A DNA stretch of 64,000 bases, taken from contig OZ037765.1 in assembly GCA_964035545.1 (NCBI GenBank), forward strand, positions 28,147,504-28,211,503, given 5' to 3'. Within the stretch, counting starts at the first letter, position 1. Each line of letters opens with the position of its first letter. Source of the DNA: Bugula neritina (Eukaryota; Animalia; Bryozoa). Below are positions 1 to 12,592 of this stretch, piece after piece. The translations under genes were made by a program, and so were the position numbers. The notes beneath the pieces were generated by a model. That model was not told the origin of the DNA and ran no database searches. It saw only the letters and a list, made by a program, of their open reading frames with translations.

Positions 1-479
1 GCTGCAGCTTAGTCAGGATGTTGTTGTGCTGTAAATAAATAGTTGACTGGCCGCAATGTGGCCCAGTAAATGCCATCATTTACCACAACACCTCATGAGG
101 CTACACTAGTCGCTAATACAGAACAATGTATTTGCCGGGCCATGTGGTTTACTAGTGAGCTGAAATCGAAACAAACAGGGTCATTGATGCAAATTGCCAT
201 AAATAAGCACAGCTATCACCACGGTGGCTTCTGTATGAATATTTACACTCTCTTTGGTCACCTACATAACAAAGTCCTCCCTCAACATACCCTCCTCACT
301 TTTATCTCACCTTCTCTTTCTTGAAGCCCCGAATATTACGTCAGAGTAATCTACTTTATCTAAATGATATCAATGGAAGCAAATCAATACCACTTGGAAA
401 AGCTCTGAATCATTTTTAGCAAACATCGCCTTTGTAATGGATATTACACAAGAGGAACTGACCTTTGTATACTAAGGAC

Positions 480-1595
480 ATGTTATTCATCTCGGCCATG
501 TTTACTAAATTACTTGTTTGTAAGCATATATACATATCATACATACCATGACTAGTGCAGCAGCTTTGTACTAACAACACAAATTTATAGGGTTTAGGAT
601 TACTAGTTTACCTACTGGATTTCAACACCTGCAGCTTTAGCTCAGCCTAATAATTTCCCCTTTAAAAAATTTCCCCGGTAAACCTATAATGATTCATTTG
701 TTTTAAAATAACACTTAATAATTTATTAGTAGTCTATACCATTATAGGCTGTATACGCAAGTGTAATATATTCAAAGACATACGCAATGAATCTTGAAAT
801 CACAACAACTATGAAATTTATGCCATTTATAATTACCTCCCAGTTAGAAAAAGTGTGTCAAGTCGAGCAATATGCAAAGATTATCTAAAATTAAGAATAG
901 TTGACAAGTTGACAAGATTTTAGCAACTAACAATAATTTTTGGTACAAGTCTAAAGTGTGCAAGTATTTGTATCTGCGTTGCTGCCAAAAGATACTGAAT
1001 AGGAACAAACCTACGCGTTGAAAACTATAATTATTAAAAGCACGTATATAAAATAGCCTAAAAATAGAGATTTAAGTTACCATTTTAGGTGCATGCTCCA
1101 CTTAGCGTGACTGCACCAATCAAATTGCCTTTATTTGTTATTACGAAATAATAGGATATTTTCAATTACCTACCTAGACTTTTTAGTACATTATTATAAT
1201 ATGCCAAAAGAAGGTATTTAGAAAACTCCTCAGTAGTCTCAGTGGAAAAGTGATTTGACTTCCATTATTGTGGTTGGGTACCTCTCTTCTAGTAAACCTA
1301 ATTAGCAGTGCAGGCTGTCATGAATTGTTATCATCCTTCTCAATGTACACAAATAAAAACATCAACAATGAGGGTGTATTAGAGCCAACTGTTATACTTT
1401 TCCACTACTATTAGTACTACTACTCTACTACTACCACCACCAATACTATTATTACTACCACCACCACTACCACTAGTAGTAGTAGTACTACCACTACTAC
1501 TACTACTACTAGCAGTAGTAGTAGTAGTACCACTACCACCACCACTACTACTACTACTGCTAGTAGTAATAGTAGTACTACCACTACCACTACTA

Positions 1596-1633
<38 letters not shown>

Positions 1634-1703
1634 GCTGCTGCTACTACTACTGCTACTACTACTGCTACTGCTGCTGCTACTACTACTGCTACTGCTACTA
1701 CTG

Positions 1704-1740
<37 letters not shown>

Positions 1741-1961
1741 CACTACTACTACTGCTACTACTACTACTACTACTACTACTGCTACTACTGCTACTACTGC
1801 TACTGCTACTACTACTACTACTAATACTACTGCTACTACTACTACTACTACTACTACTACTGCTACCACTACTACTACTGCTACTGCTACTACTGCTACT
1901 ACTGCTACTACTGCTACTACTGCTACTACTGCTACTACTGCTACTACTGCTACTGCTACTG

Positions 1962-2017
<56 letters not shown>

Positions 2018-2018
2018 G

Positions 2019-2050
<32 letters not shown>

Positions 2051-5000
2051 ACTGCTACTACTACTACTACTACTACTACTGCTGCTGCTACTACTACTAC
2101 TACTACTGCTACTGCTACTACTACTACTACTACTACTACTACTGCTACTACTACTACTACCACTACTACCACCTACTGCTATGATTTCACAGTCATGTGG
2201 TTAACAAAAATCTAATGAATTCATTCATTCAACTATCCTGTTCTATTTTAGTGTTATCAGTGCATCTTCAGTTTGTTGCTAAATATTTTCCACTTCAATA
2301 AAAGCACAAGAAAATTGATTACACTCAATTTTTGTATCACAACAATCAATATCCTAGAATAATGAAATTCACCAATTCAAATGTCAAGTTGAAGTTTAAA
2401 TCTTAGTAAAGCAAAAGGTAAATTCCAACTGTCATGTCTTGGCGTGACCTTCATTCTCCAAGAGTTAAGCTTTCAAGCAGCTGTATATAACACTACCACG
2501 AGATGAGTTACAACTCAAATCGGTCAACTTTTGCTGTGGTAACAGATTGCAGTTTCTGTACATGGCAAATCAGGAAAGTCTGTCTCATGACCCAATGTTT
2601 AAGCCAATAAACAGAAATCTAATGCTGTAGCTGAATCCTTCACGTTATACCATCTGAAGATATCATCCACCAAGTTTATTATGATAATACAGCTCCTGAC
2701 TGAATGGTAAACAGCTGCATATGATAATCAAATAATACTCATCTGTGCTTTCTTTGCAGACAAATCTTTTCAAGCCAAACTAAAGATCCAGAATAGAACA
2801 GTGGAATGCACAGGCACAACTATGAACTCGAACTACCCGTCTCCAATGTTTACTTGTCAAGATATCACGTAAGACATAATCTTACTAATTGCGTAATTAT
2901 CTTTAAGTATCTATGATATTTATATGTGGAATTGCCAAGTTAAAGTGTGTTTCTGATATATTTATTCCTTTGCTGCTGGTAACCTAGTTGCAATGTCTCA
3001 CTAAACTTCTTATAATCGGTAGTCAACTATATTCTGCCACCATATTTTGCTTAGCATTTGTGTTATGGCCTCTTTCAAAGTGACTTGTTAGTGAAATTTG
3101 TTATTATGGCAAGAACTAGTTCTTAGTAAGAGTTAAGCCCTCTACTGCGGAGGACTTACAACTAATCGTGGCTGTACCCTCTACTCTGTAGAAAGAGAGT
3201 AGAATAGAGAAAAACAACACCAGTGAAAATTATATCCATCAATTAGTTAAAGAAGATTTTGATGTTGTGGTATTTTAGACCTCAACTGATGTGAAATAGG
3301 TTTATAGAAACAATAGACGCTGGACAAACAGCCAATGGACTAGTTGCCCTGTTTTTTAGTTGTTTTCGCTCAGCTTGAATTTGCGGTTGATATGAAAAAA
3401 CCACTAGACCACTAAATAAAGCATATTGGGTATATACTAGAGTGATATAAATAGCACTAGCCACAAGTGGGCTCTACTACTCCCCAAATGTTCTCTTTAC
3501 AATCGAAAATACATCTGCCATCTTCAATGCTTGGCTTAGCAATCTATAGGAAGGAAAGAATATCAAAATCACTGCTAATTCATAAAACTATGAAGTTAAA
3601 ACCTCCTGGTTAACATAGACCTGATATAGTACTGATATAGATAGAGAGGCTATGTAATCAGGGTAGAAGTTAGGGGCAGCAAGGGGAAACTTCAATGGAC
3701 TAAATTCTCTACCTGTCCATGAATTTTAATATAGTTTGAAAGTTGAAGTTAACAGGAGGGCATTACTTGTTTTGCTACATTTCTTATGAAAACACAAGCT
3801 TTTCTCAATTTCTCCATCACTGCACCTACCTCTGAATTTTTTAAAGTTGCTAGAAATAGCACCGAGTTGGTAGTCACTGAGTGCAGTACTTTGTAGAGTT
3901 TCAAGTTTGGAGGTTCAGAGCACTAACCCAAATTCGAGATCCTCAACTACTGCACTCAGTGACCAGTAACTCCGTGCTGCTTCTAGCAACTTTCCTGTTT
4001 TTTACTCAAATTTCAGTTTTCTTGTGGATAGAATTTGACCATTAATACCCATCGTAGTGCAAAAAATTGAGGAAAGCAGCTCATTGAATAAATGCTGATC
4101 ATTCATTAACGTGCATACAGTAGATCCTTTCTCTTTTTACCACACGAATCCTCAATAGAATCGCAGTTAGTCCACATGATATATTGATGTTAAAATGATA
4201 GTTGTTTACAAGCCAACTTAAGATTAATTAAGCTGGGAGAGATTTTTTGACCACAAGTGTTAAATGAAGGCATGTGTAGAGTTCCTGAGACAGCTGGTTT
4301 TGTAAAAACAACTATATTCTAGTAAATAGCTCTGCTAGCTAATGTGCTAGACAGGGAGACAAATGGCTTCCCAAGCTTCGATCAAAGCTGGTCTAAAAGC
4401 CAGCTGCTTTTTTTTAAATGTGTCTTTTACAAATTTTTACAGGGTTAGCTTGCGCCAGAATTTGCTAACTGGTAGATGAGGGCTGAGAACCCTTAAAATT
4501 TGTTATTGTAGAAAAACTAATCCAAGTCTTCATGTAGAAATTGTACATCTTTTTGGTTGTGGTCTTATCTAATTCAGCAGTAAAACCTTTTTTTTTATTT
4601 AACAAATTTAAACATATTCTAAAATAAAAACTTTAGGTTCTTGGTTATTGTGTTAATGTATGATGTGTTAATGTATGATTTTGTATTAATGTGTGATGTT
4701 ACATTGATTTATAATACTGTGTTAATGTAGACTGTTATACTATGTTGATGTTGCAGTGTTGACGGAGAGAAGTTATTCCACGGATATATAGCTGATAGTA
4801 CCGTCAGCAAAGATCAGCAATGTCCATCTGGCTGTCCCTGTGGTACCAGCGAAGGTCCAAATAACGACATCCGAGCTCTCTGCACAGCTATGCTAAAGAC
4901 TAACGGTGTTAATGAAACACTCATTGCTGCTTATGTACGTATTATCTGTTAGAACACGTTTCAAGAGTCATCTTTCTTTTGACTTCAAATGCTGAACTCA

Positions 5001-5563
5001 AATGAAAATCAGTGCTAGAAAATTGAGATAGCACAAGACTGTAATAGTTTTGATCTTTGAAGTTACCAAGTGACCCAAGTGACCCAAGTGACCCAAATTG
5101 CAAACCAGGAGAACATTACTTTTAAGCCTTTTGTATTAAATTAGTTCAAGAATTTGAAGAAAATTTTATTCAGAATTGTGGCTTAAATACTTTTATGTAT
5201 TTTGAGAAGAAACATATGGTGGTTAGTAATGTGTTGCATGTGTGCACTATTAAGGAAATAACTTCACTAACTTAAGCTTTGTATGAAGGTATGACACAGC
5301 CTCTAAGTTGATAACAATGTATATTTAATCATACTTAACTGCTGAACATATGTCGAAGCATTAGATCATTGATCCTGTGTATTCTCTATACACTCAAATC
5401 TCTGTTATAGGTGGTAAAGCCTCACTGCAACAATAAAGGCATCCCATCCAAAAGGGTTAAATTTTATTTGGGCGACAAAAATGTACCAGTTTGGGATGAT
5501 GTGTTTGCACCAAACGGATATATTCGAACTCTGCAGTGTCTCACTGAGCAACCCAACACCTAG
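480..5563 (+). CDS. Uncharacterised small cysteine-rich, probably secreted protein (~186 aa), 5-exon model
   Basis: Hand-spliced join(480..519,1293..1373,2760..2868,4757..4934,5411..5563); all introns GT-AG, phases 1,1,2,0 consistent, stop TAG at 5561-5563. Translation: MLFISAMFTKLLVLNLISSAGCHELLSSFSMYTNKNINNEDKSFQAKLKIQNRTVECTGTTMNSNYPSPMFTCQDITVDGEKLFHGYIADSTVSKDQQCPSGCPCGTSEGPNNDIRALCTAMLKTNGVNETLIAAYVVKPHCNNKGIPSKRVKFYLGDKNVPVWDDVFAPNGYIRTLQCLTEQPNT. The last three exons are well supported (acceptors TTTGCAG, TTGCAG, TTATAG; donors GTAAGA, GTACGT). Exons 1-2 are tentative (exon 2 donor GTGTAT is weak). Confidence 0.65.
1403..2180. repeat. Compound (ACT/ACC/GCT/AGT)n trinucleotide microsatellite, ~780 bp
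   Basis: Directly visible ACT repeats interrupted by GCT, ACC and AGT units; explains the poly-Val ORF 1420..2172 on the minus strand. Confidence 0.95.
3843..3993. mobile_element. ~150-bp hairpin / MITE-like element with ~46-bp terminal inverted repeats
   Basis: Left arm AAAGTTGCTAGAAATAGCACCGAGTTGGTAGTCACTGAGTGCAGTA (3843-3888); reverse complement of the right arm (3948-3993) is AAAGTTGCTAGAAGCAGCACGGAGTTACTGGTCACTGAGTGCAGTA, about 6 mismatches. Confidence 0.65.
5068..5097. repeat. (AAGTGACCC)x3 short tandem repeat
   Basis: Directly visible in the intron. Confidence 0.8.
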
Positions 5564-7786
5564 TATTCTATAAGTTTTCCAGCTGCTTCTCCAATTATAA
5601 CTGTGTATATGTGCATGTATAGTGTATTGTATTAATGTTCTCTTTTTAAAATTGAGGTGCTGTCATTTATGAATAGTCTATTTGTGCTGCTAATGAAAGT
5701 TGACTGGAAATATGGTATTCCCTGCTAGTTACCGCTGTGCACTCAATTGGGAGACCAAATTACTAATCTCTCTCTCTGGAAGTATCAAATCAATTGCACT
5801 TTTTTTGCTGTTATTGTTGCAAATGGGAAAGCTGCAATATTAACGTTGGTAGTTTTAAGAAAAACATTTCTCTCATGACGTACAGGAACGTAATTTTATT
5901 TAAATGCTTTTATTTGGTAGTATTCTATTATGCTAATTAAGTGCAACCCTTCAGCGGAGCTAGTGTGTTCAGTTGGTTAGTATTCTCACGTCCTTATACC
6001 TATAGAGTTATATATTTTTCATACTGACTGTTATACCAAAGCACTTTTTCTATTCAAAGGACTATGCTCTATATTATTGTATTCCATATAATATTCCCAT
6101 TCTTTATTACATTACGTACAACTTATTGTATTTTATATACTAGTTTAGCATAAGGCATGCTCCATTATTGCGCGTTCAAGTCATAAATCTCAATGTCAAG
6201 TTTGAATTAAAGAATAAATTACTTTTTAAGCCGATTGTACATAGTAATGCAGCCAAATTACATTTACTATATGCTATATTTTTTTATAACATATTATATA
6301 GCATTATGCCTTATAATTATTTTATCAAATACATACAATATAATAGTATTTCATGGTTCTGCTTCTATTCACTGTATTTGACTACCTTAGGTCTTTTGTG
6401 AAGTTGAATGCATTTTGGCCCCAATTTTTTAAACATTTAAACCTGTTTTGCAGCATAAGAATGTAGATAACACCGTTTCTACTAATGGAGTAAATCTTTG
6501 TTAAACTGATCACGCTGTACTTCACTTAGGAGTTACGTTTTCTATATCACGGGATAACAAATCACAATTACTACTTGCAATCATGTATTAAAAAATTACA
6601 GTGTTGAATAATGGCTCGGTAGAAGAACTTATCAAAGCCTATTTGTTAATGACTTCAGGACATAAAGATGTTGTTTCAAGCAGTAAACCAAAATAAATCC
6701 AGTTTAGATATACTTGTAATGGTGGCTATGACAAAGAGTTGGTACATATATTATACTCTTAAATATTGTTTTGCTTCATTAACCAACAAAATGTCTAACT
6801 AATATTAAATGTACTGAATATTTTCCTCACCAGTAATTACCAAATTTACCAAAAAAAAACTTTAAAGCTCATAATTTTTTTCAACCAGCATTAGCCACGA
6901 AAACTTACAGCTCAATCTGTTCTTATTACATAATTAGCTGCAATAACTAGCATTGCAAAATTAACTGCACTTCAAATAATTCTTGCAAAATGCAAAAAAA
7001 AACATTGAATCCTGGCTAACAAAATAGTTAGTTGCTAAGTTTTTCTTATTAAATGGCATCAGTAGAACCATTTGCTTGTGATCAGAGGGTGGTACTTGTA
7101 GGTAAAAGAGTTATATGAACATTGCTTCCATTTGGTTGTAAGATGTTGACAAAGGGGATACGCAATGTGCATTGCAAGGACTTATCTTTCCATTAAACAT
7201 TATTTTGAGAGAACATAACTTTGCCTATATTAAAGAACCGGCTTCATGACAAGACAATCCTATATTCATGATTTTTCATCTTATATAGAATAGACTCTAT
7301 CACACTGTATGCATATGGCATACATTTCACAAATACAAATCAATTAGAGAAGGAACAAAAATATAATGTCAAAACATATGTCATATAATTCGAATGTATA
7401 TAAGCTCATATGATACTGTAAACACACATTTTTCTAGGTCTATATATTAACTTTCTAAAGATAATATTACTAACCTAAACCATCCTTTTATCTAGTCTAA
7501 TGTTGAAATTAAAACCCTTTCCCTCTCCCAAACTGTAAATTTGGAAATGAATGGCAAACATAATCTTTAATTTGTCAAAATATTAAAGCGTTTATAGCTA
7601 ACAAGCGAAATGGAATGAAAAAAAAGCTAGCGGTTTACAATAGCAGTACAATTTTTGTGAACAGCCAGAGTTTTCTCTCTAGATCATGCATTTCCATTAA
7701 AATATGAGTACTTCTTGACCATGCAGCGATCATTAGTGTAAAACATGACTAATGCACAATGATCAGATTGTAGATAAAATATGGAA

Positions 7787-8282
7787 TACAAGCAACCTGT
7801 ATAGTTTCATTTTAGATAGACGCTAATTTATTTATTTTAGTACAATATAATTATATGTATATTTTGAATCGATGTGCAATTTATTAGAATATTGTTGAAA
7901 TATATGTATATTTAGATAAATTTGGATAAATTCTTTGCTATTTACTTTTAGCACATAAATAAATTCCTTTGATCTGCATTAACTTCTCAATTTTGCATTT
8001 TCTATACTTCTTGTTTTAAAAAATAATATTTCATTAAGAAGTATTCATTAAAGATAATGTCTATTATTAATGTATTCGGTATTCCTGTTTTTGTTCCACA
8101 CAAATTCGTAAAAATTGAAATATTATTCCAGATAATTCATATTAACTATTATTTCATGTTTAGCAATCCATACAACAGTTGCATTATATATGTATATATA
8201 GGTATATTACTATATTATATCACACCAAAATAAAAAGTAGCATCTAATTAGGAAGCGTCTATCTGGGATGAAACCACTTGTA
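7787..8282. mobile_element. Degenerate ~500-bp inverted-repeat element (old MITE, possibly Tc1/mariner-type with TA flanks)
   Basis: TACAAG...GTTTCATTTTAGATAGACGCT at the left end versus AGCGTCTATCTGGGATGAAACCACTTGTA at the right end; weaker similarity continues inward. Confidence 0.4.
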
Positions 8283-10468
8283 CACCAATTAATGTATTTA
8301 TTTCTAATCATACTTACATTTAGAATGTTGAGTATATACTATATACAAATTTGTAAAAAATAACAGCCTGTGAGCAAATATGCTATAATTCAAACTTTAA
8401 AAGATTAAGCTTACTTCCAGCTATATTTATGCTCTCACTTGTCCCCTTGCCATACAAGTTGCTATAACCTATGTATTACATCTAAAGCTTTAAGCTCTAT
8501 TCTTCTGAATTAGTTACTCAAAGTCAATTCACGATTTAGTGTTAATATATAACTGGTAATCTTCAATTATTTTTTTACAGATTACCTAAAAATATTTTTT
8601 TAAAGTTTGTGTTCTCGGACAAAATTTTGCAAATATTTATTTTTGATATACATGCAGAAAATATTGTTGATTATAAAAATTACTGGTTAACTTACAGCAA
8701 AGGCAAAATAAAGCCACTAGCTTATAATGCAACAAGCATAGCTTCTTGTTCGCATTAGTTCTTCTTGCCAGCTGAAAAAGTTGTCGAGAGAATTGACATT
8801 TGTAAGTATTATTGCAATTGACTAATTTTTCTGTTATGTTTATATTATTGATATATGTTTTCGTATAGCTTGTAAATATTTTTCTTTTCATTTAGGGTAC
8901 AAGTCAAAGAAGTAAGTTGAAAAGTAATAAATATATTATTATGTTTGTTGCTATGCAAATAGAGCATTCCGGGCACAATGCAGCATTAGTGTTCTACAGA
9001 AACCTATGCTGTTATATGCACTATAGCCTAGTTTTTGTCTAGACTCCAGTCAATAATGTATAGGTCTATTATAGCTATAATAAAACAGAGCCCTTACAGT
9101 TTTTACCTGAACTTTAAATCAATTTCAATAATTTATAACAATATGAAGTCGAATTTTGTCTATCAAGCAATTAAAAACGTACTTTGTCATGATTACACCT
9201 TAGGTGATATTTAGAAGTTGTCTTTCCATGCTGAGTCCAAGTCACATTAAAAATTGGAGCATCTAGTGTGGTTACTAGTTGGTGTTTTTTTAAATTCTGT
9301 TGTTAGTTTTTTGTTTTTTCTTTTAATGTTTCACTTGTTGTGTTTAACTGGTCAATAACTAGAGTTGGTCCTCCTGGTATCAGAAGTGGAACTTTAACTT
9401 GGAAGCAATAAAATTTCAACTCTATTATAAAACTCTTAGGTAACAGGTGTTTACTGTAACGCAGGTATTAGTAGCTTATAGGTTTTAGAGCAACATGTCG
9501 TCCCGTTTCAGGCAAGGAAAAGGATCCATGGTAGACTTCATGCTATTACAGCTAACTCTAAGCCTCTAATTATAGATAATTTTAGATAATTATTCCTAAT
9601 CTGCTTAGCATTAGCTGTTGCCAGTGTGATAAATAGGTAAATGCGTAATATAATACACCTAAAATATCTTCCAACCTGGGATTTAGAGCTGCAACCCAAA
9701 ACTGGAGCAACGAGAAGGCAAACCTAGAACCCTTGCTTAGCACTAGTCCTAGAAACGCCAACTGAACAAACAAGTATGTATATAAAATTATCTCTTATCA
9801 ATTATGAAACATACTGCAATAAATACTGCAATATCAAGTATAAACTATTAAACTCTTCTAAATTTGTTTTAAATCCAGACTTTCAAGTATTAAAATGAAG
9901 TAAAATAAAAAATGTGGCCAATTTGATACAATCAAATTGCAAAGGTAAGTCATGAAGCCTTTTAGGTCATAAGCCTGATTTGCTCAAGGTGAAACTTTAT
10001 GGCATAAAAGGAGGAGTTTAAAAGATCAAGAGGCAAAATAAACAAAATATATTAATAGCATTCAAGCAGTTACTAGTGTAATATACGATGTGATAGGAAG
10101 TATAATTGTCTGAAATGTAAGCATCACAGCTTTGTACTACCAAAATTGAAATCTCCAGAAGGGAAATTTTTAATTATAATAATTAGGCTGTGATAAATTG
10201 ATGGAGTTTTAAGTTTTGAAATAATACAGTTCAAAACATTCTCAGCATTCTCAGCATATTATTTAAAGTAAGAGATTAGCATATAAATATTTTACATTGT
10301 AACAATTAGCTTTAAGCCAAAAATTCATGTCGCTTAGTTTGATTTTATTTAGTCATTCTGGTTGGTGATATTTTACGAATTGCCCGTAGTACCCAGCTAA
10401 CTTTTTACAAAAGAGAAAAAATAAGTGCTGCGTTTCAAAACTTGATCTGGACAGAACCATAGTCTGCT

Positions 10469-10739
<271 letters not shown>

Positions 10740-12592
10740 AGCTGCTGTTTCAGGGTTTGTCCCCTCGTCAACACAGTCCCACAGTCACACCATTGCAATG
10801 ACAGAAACTAATATTCAACCAATGCATATTTAAAAAATGTGCAAATTTAAGCCAGAGTGCTCAAGTAACTTCAGGAGTTTTGAGTAATATATAAACTGTT
10901 CAGGGCTAAAAATAAATTTAATAAACTTTGAACACAGCGAGTTACTGCTTTACATTGCTTTTTTGCTTTGAGTGAACCATATCGGAAAAGTTTTGCCAAG
11001 GTTTTAATCTTTTATAACGCAGAGAACCAATGTTTTATGGTGCATATTCAAACTCATAATGTAGGATATTGATGTATAAAATACAGCTAGCCTGAAAACA
11101 ATAATATTTGTGAAATGTATAGATTCACCACCGACTAGACTGATTTAAAATCTGCAGCTGATCCCTTGATACAATCCGACAATTAAACAGCTTATCTACA
11201 CTATACTTGTTAGAGAATGATTAATAAACATCCAGCACATGACATAATACTACTAGTAGTTTAGATAATATTTTCTCAGATATTACCTTTAAACCAATTA
11301 AGTGGTGTAGCAACACTCAGTGATCATGTTACACAAGACTTGATCAGAGTATTATCTAAAAATTAATAATGGATTAAAATTTTGTTTTGATGGGAACAAA
11401 GCTGATGTATTGACCCAAGTTTCCATGACCTCGTGGAAAAGATTAAGTGTCAGTGCTAGATTCGCAGGTGGTTTGACATACTGCAGCCGTATCATTACCG
11501 TCACGATCGGCTGGTCTTATCTGCCTTAGAAATTGTAAAGTCTTGCCATCTGCTTAAGTATTTAATAACGCAACCTGCAGTTGGGATGTAATTGACCAGC
11601 CAGGCACTCTGCAGAGTGCAAAATAGCAGTCACAGCTGCGATGCTGAGCTTTGAAATAAGTCCTGAACACTGCACTTGGTCAACACGGTCATTGTTGGCA
11701 CCTCAGTTGAAGGATATAGCATTAATACTGAATTTTTCAAACTTTGTAGACAATTTTGGCAAAATTTTATTTTCAAAGTTATACAATATGAAAGAGGTTT
11801 TTTAAACCCACTTTGCATAAATAACACAGTGTTTAACTTTTTGCATTTTAAGTTGATTAATTTAGTTTATGAGTAAGAAATGTTAGAATTATTTATATTA
11901 GTTTTTTTATTTCTGTAAACAAGAATTAAAAAATCAGGTATATAATATAATAACGTAATGGCACAAAAATACAAAGTCAAAATGCTCTGGCTGTACAAAG
12001 TAAATAATTAAATGAAAATAAATTAATTTTTATACATTCTATATACAAAAATGACAATTGAACCATTAGTCCTAGAATATTTACAGAAAAAGAATATGGG
12101 TTGTCTGAATAGGTACACAGTAGCTTTAGCACAAAGGCTTCAAGCAATCACAAGTGTAAAAAAGTTGAATGGTTTAAAAGGCTTACTACGGGAAAGATGA
12201 CCACTATTATGTAGAGGAACAGAAAGTAGTAGTTTTGTTTGTAGGGTTACAAAGAAATCATTAAAACTATTAAGAATAGTACTGATGAAGTGAGAGCAAA
12301 CTAAATTTTTCAAAATTGAGTGATTGCCAATGCTAAACAAAGTTAGAAATATGCATCCATAGCCCACTGATCATAGTATTAGATGCACAAGGAATAGGTA
12401 TGCACATGGTAAAAGCTGAAACATCATATACACTGTTCATGCCATACGTAAACGGAAGTCACATTCTTGTCGTCTATTCATTGACAACAAGCCTCTGTAG
12501 TTGTGCTGATTAGAAAACAGATACGGTGTGTTTCTTTTATTTACTCAATCTTTAGCACCGGTGGCAGTAAGTTTTTATTTATCTTTAAAAGG

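Noticed and set aside
1420-2172. 250-aa poly-Val ORF on the minus strand
   Set aside because: Translation of the (ACT)n microsatellite; no credible gene context.
2760-5563. Calling the orphan secreted gene Pinhead
   Set aside because: Too short, lacks the repeated cysteine-rich domains I recall for Pinhead, and is convergent rather than tandem to the ligand gene.
11380-11710. GC-richer non-coding block downstream of the ADMP-like gene (enhancer or ncRNA?)
   Set aside because: No recognisable RNA motif, repeat termini or ORF; needs conservation data.
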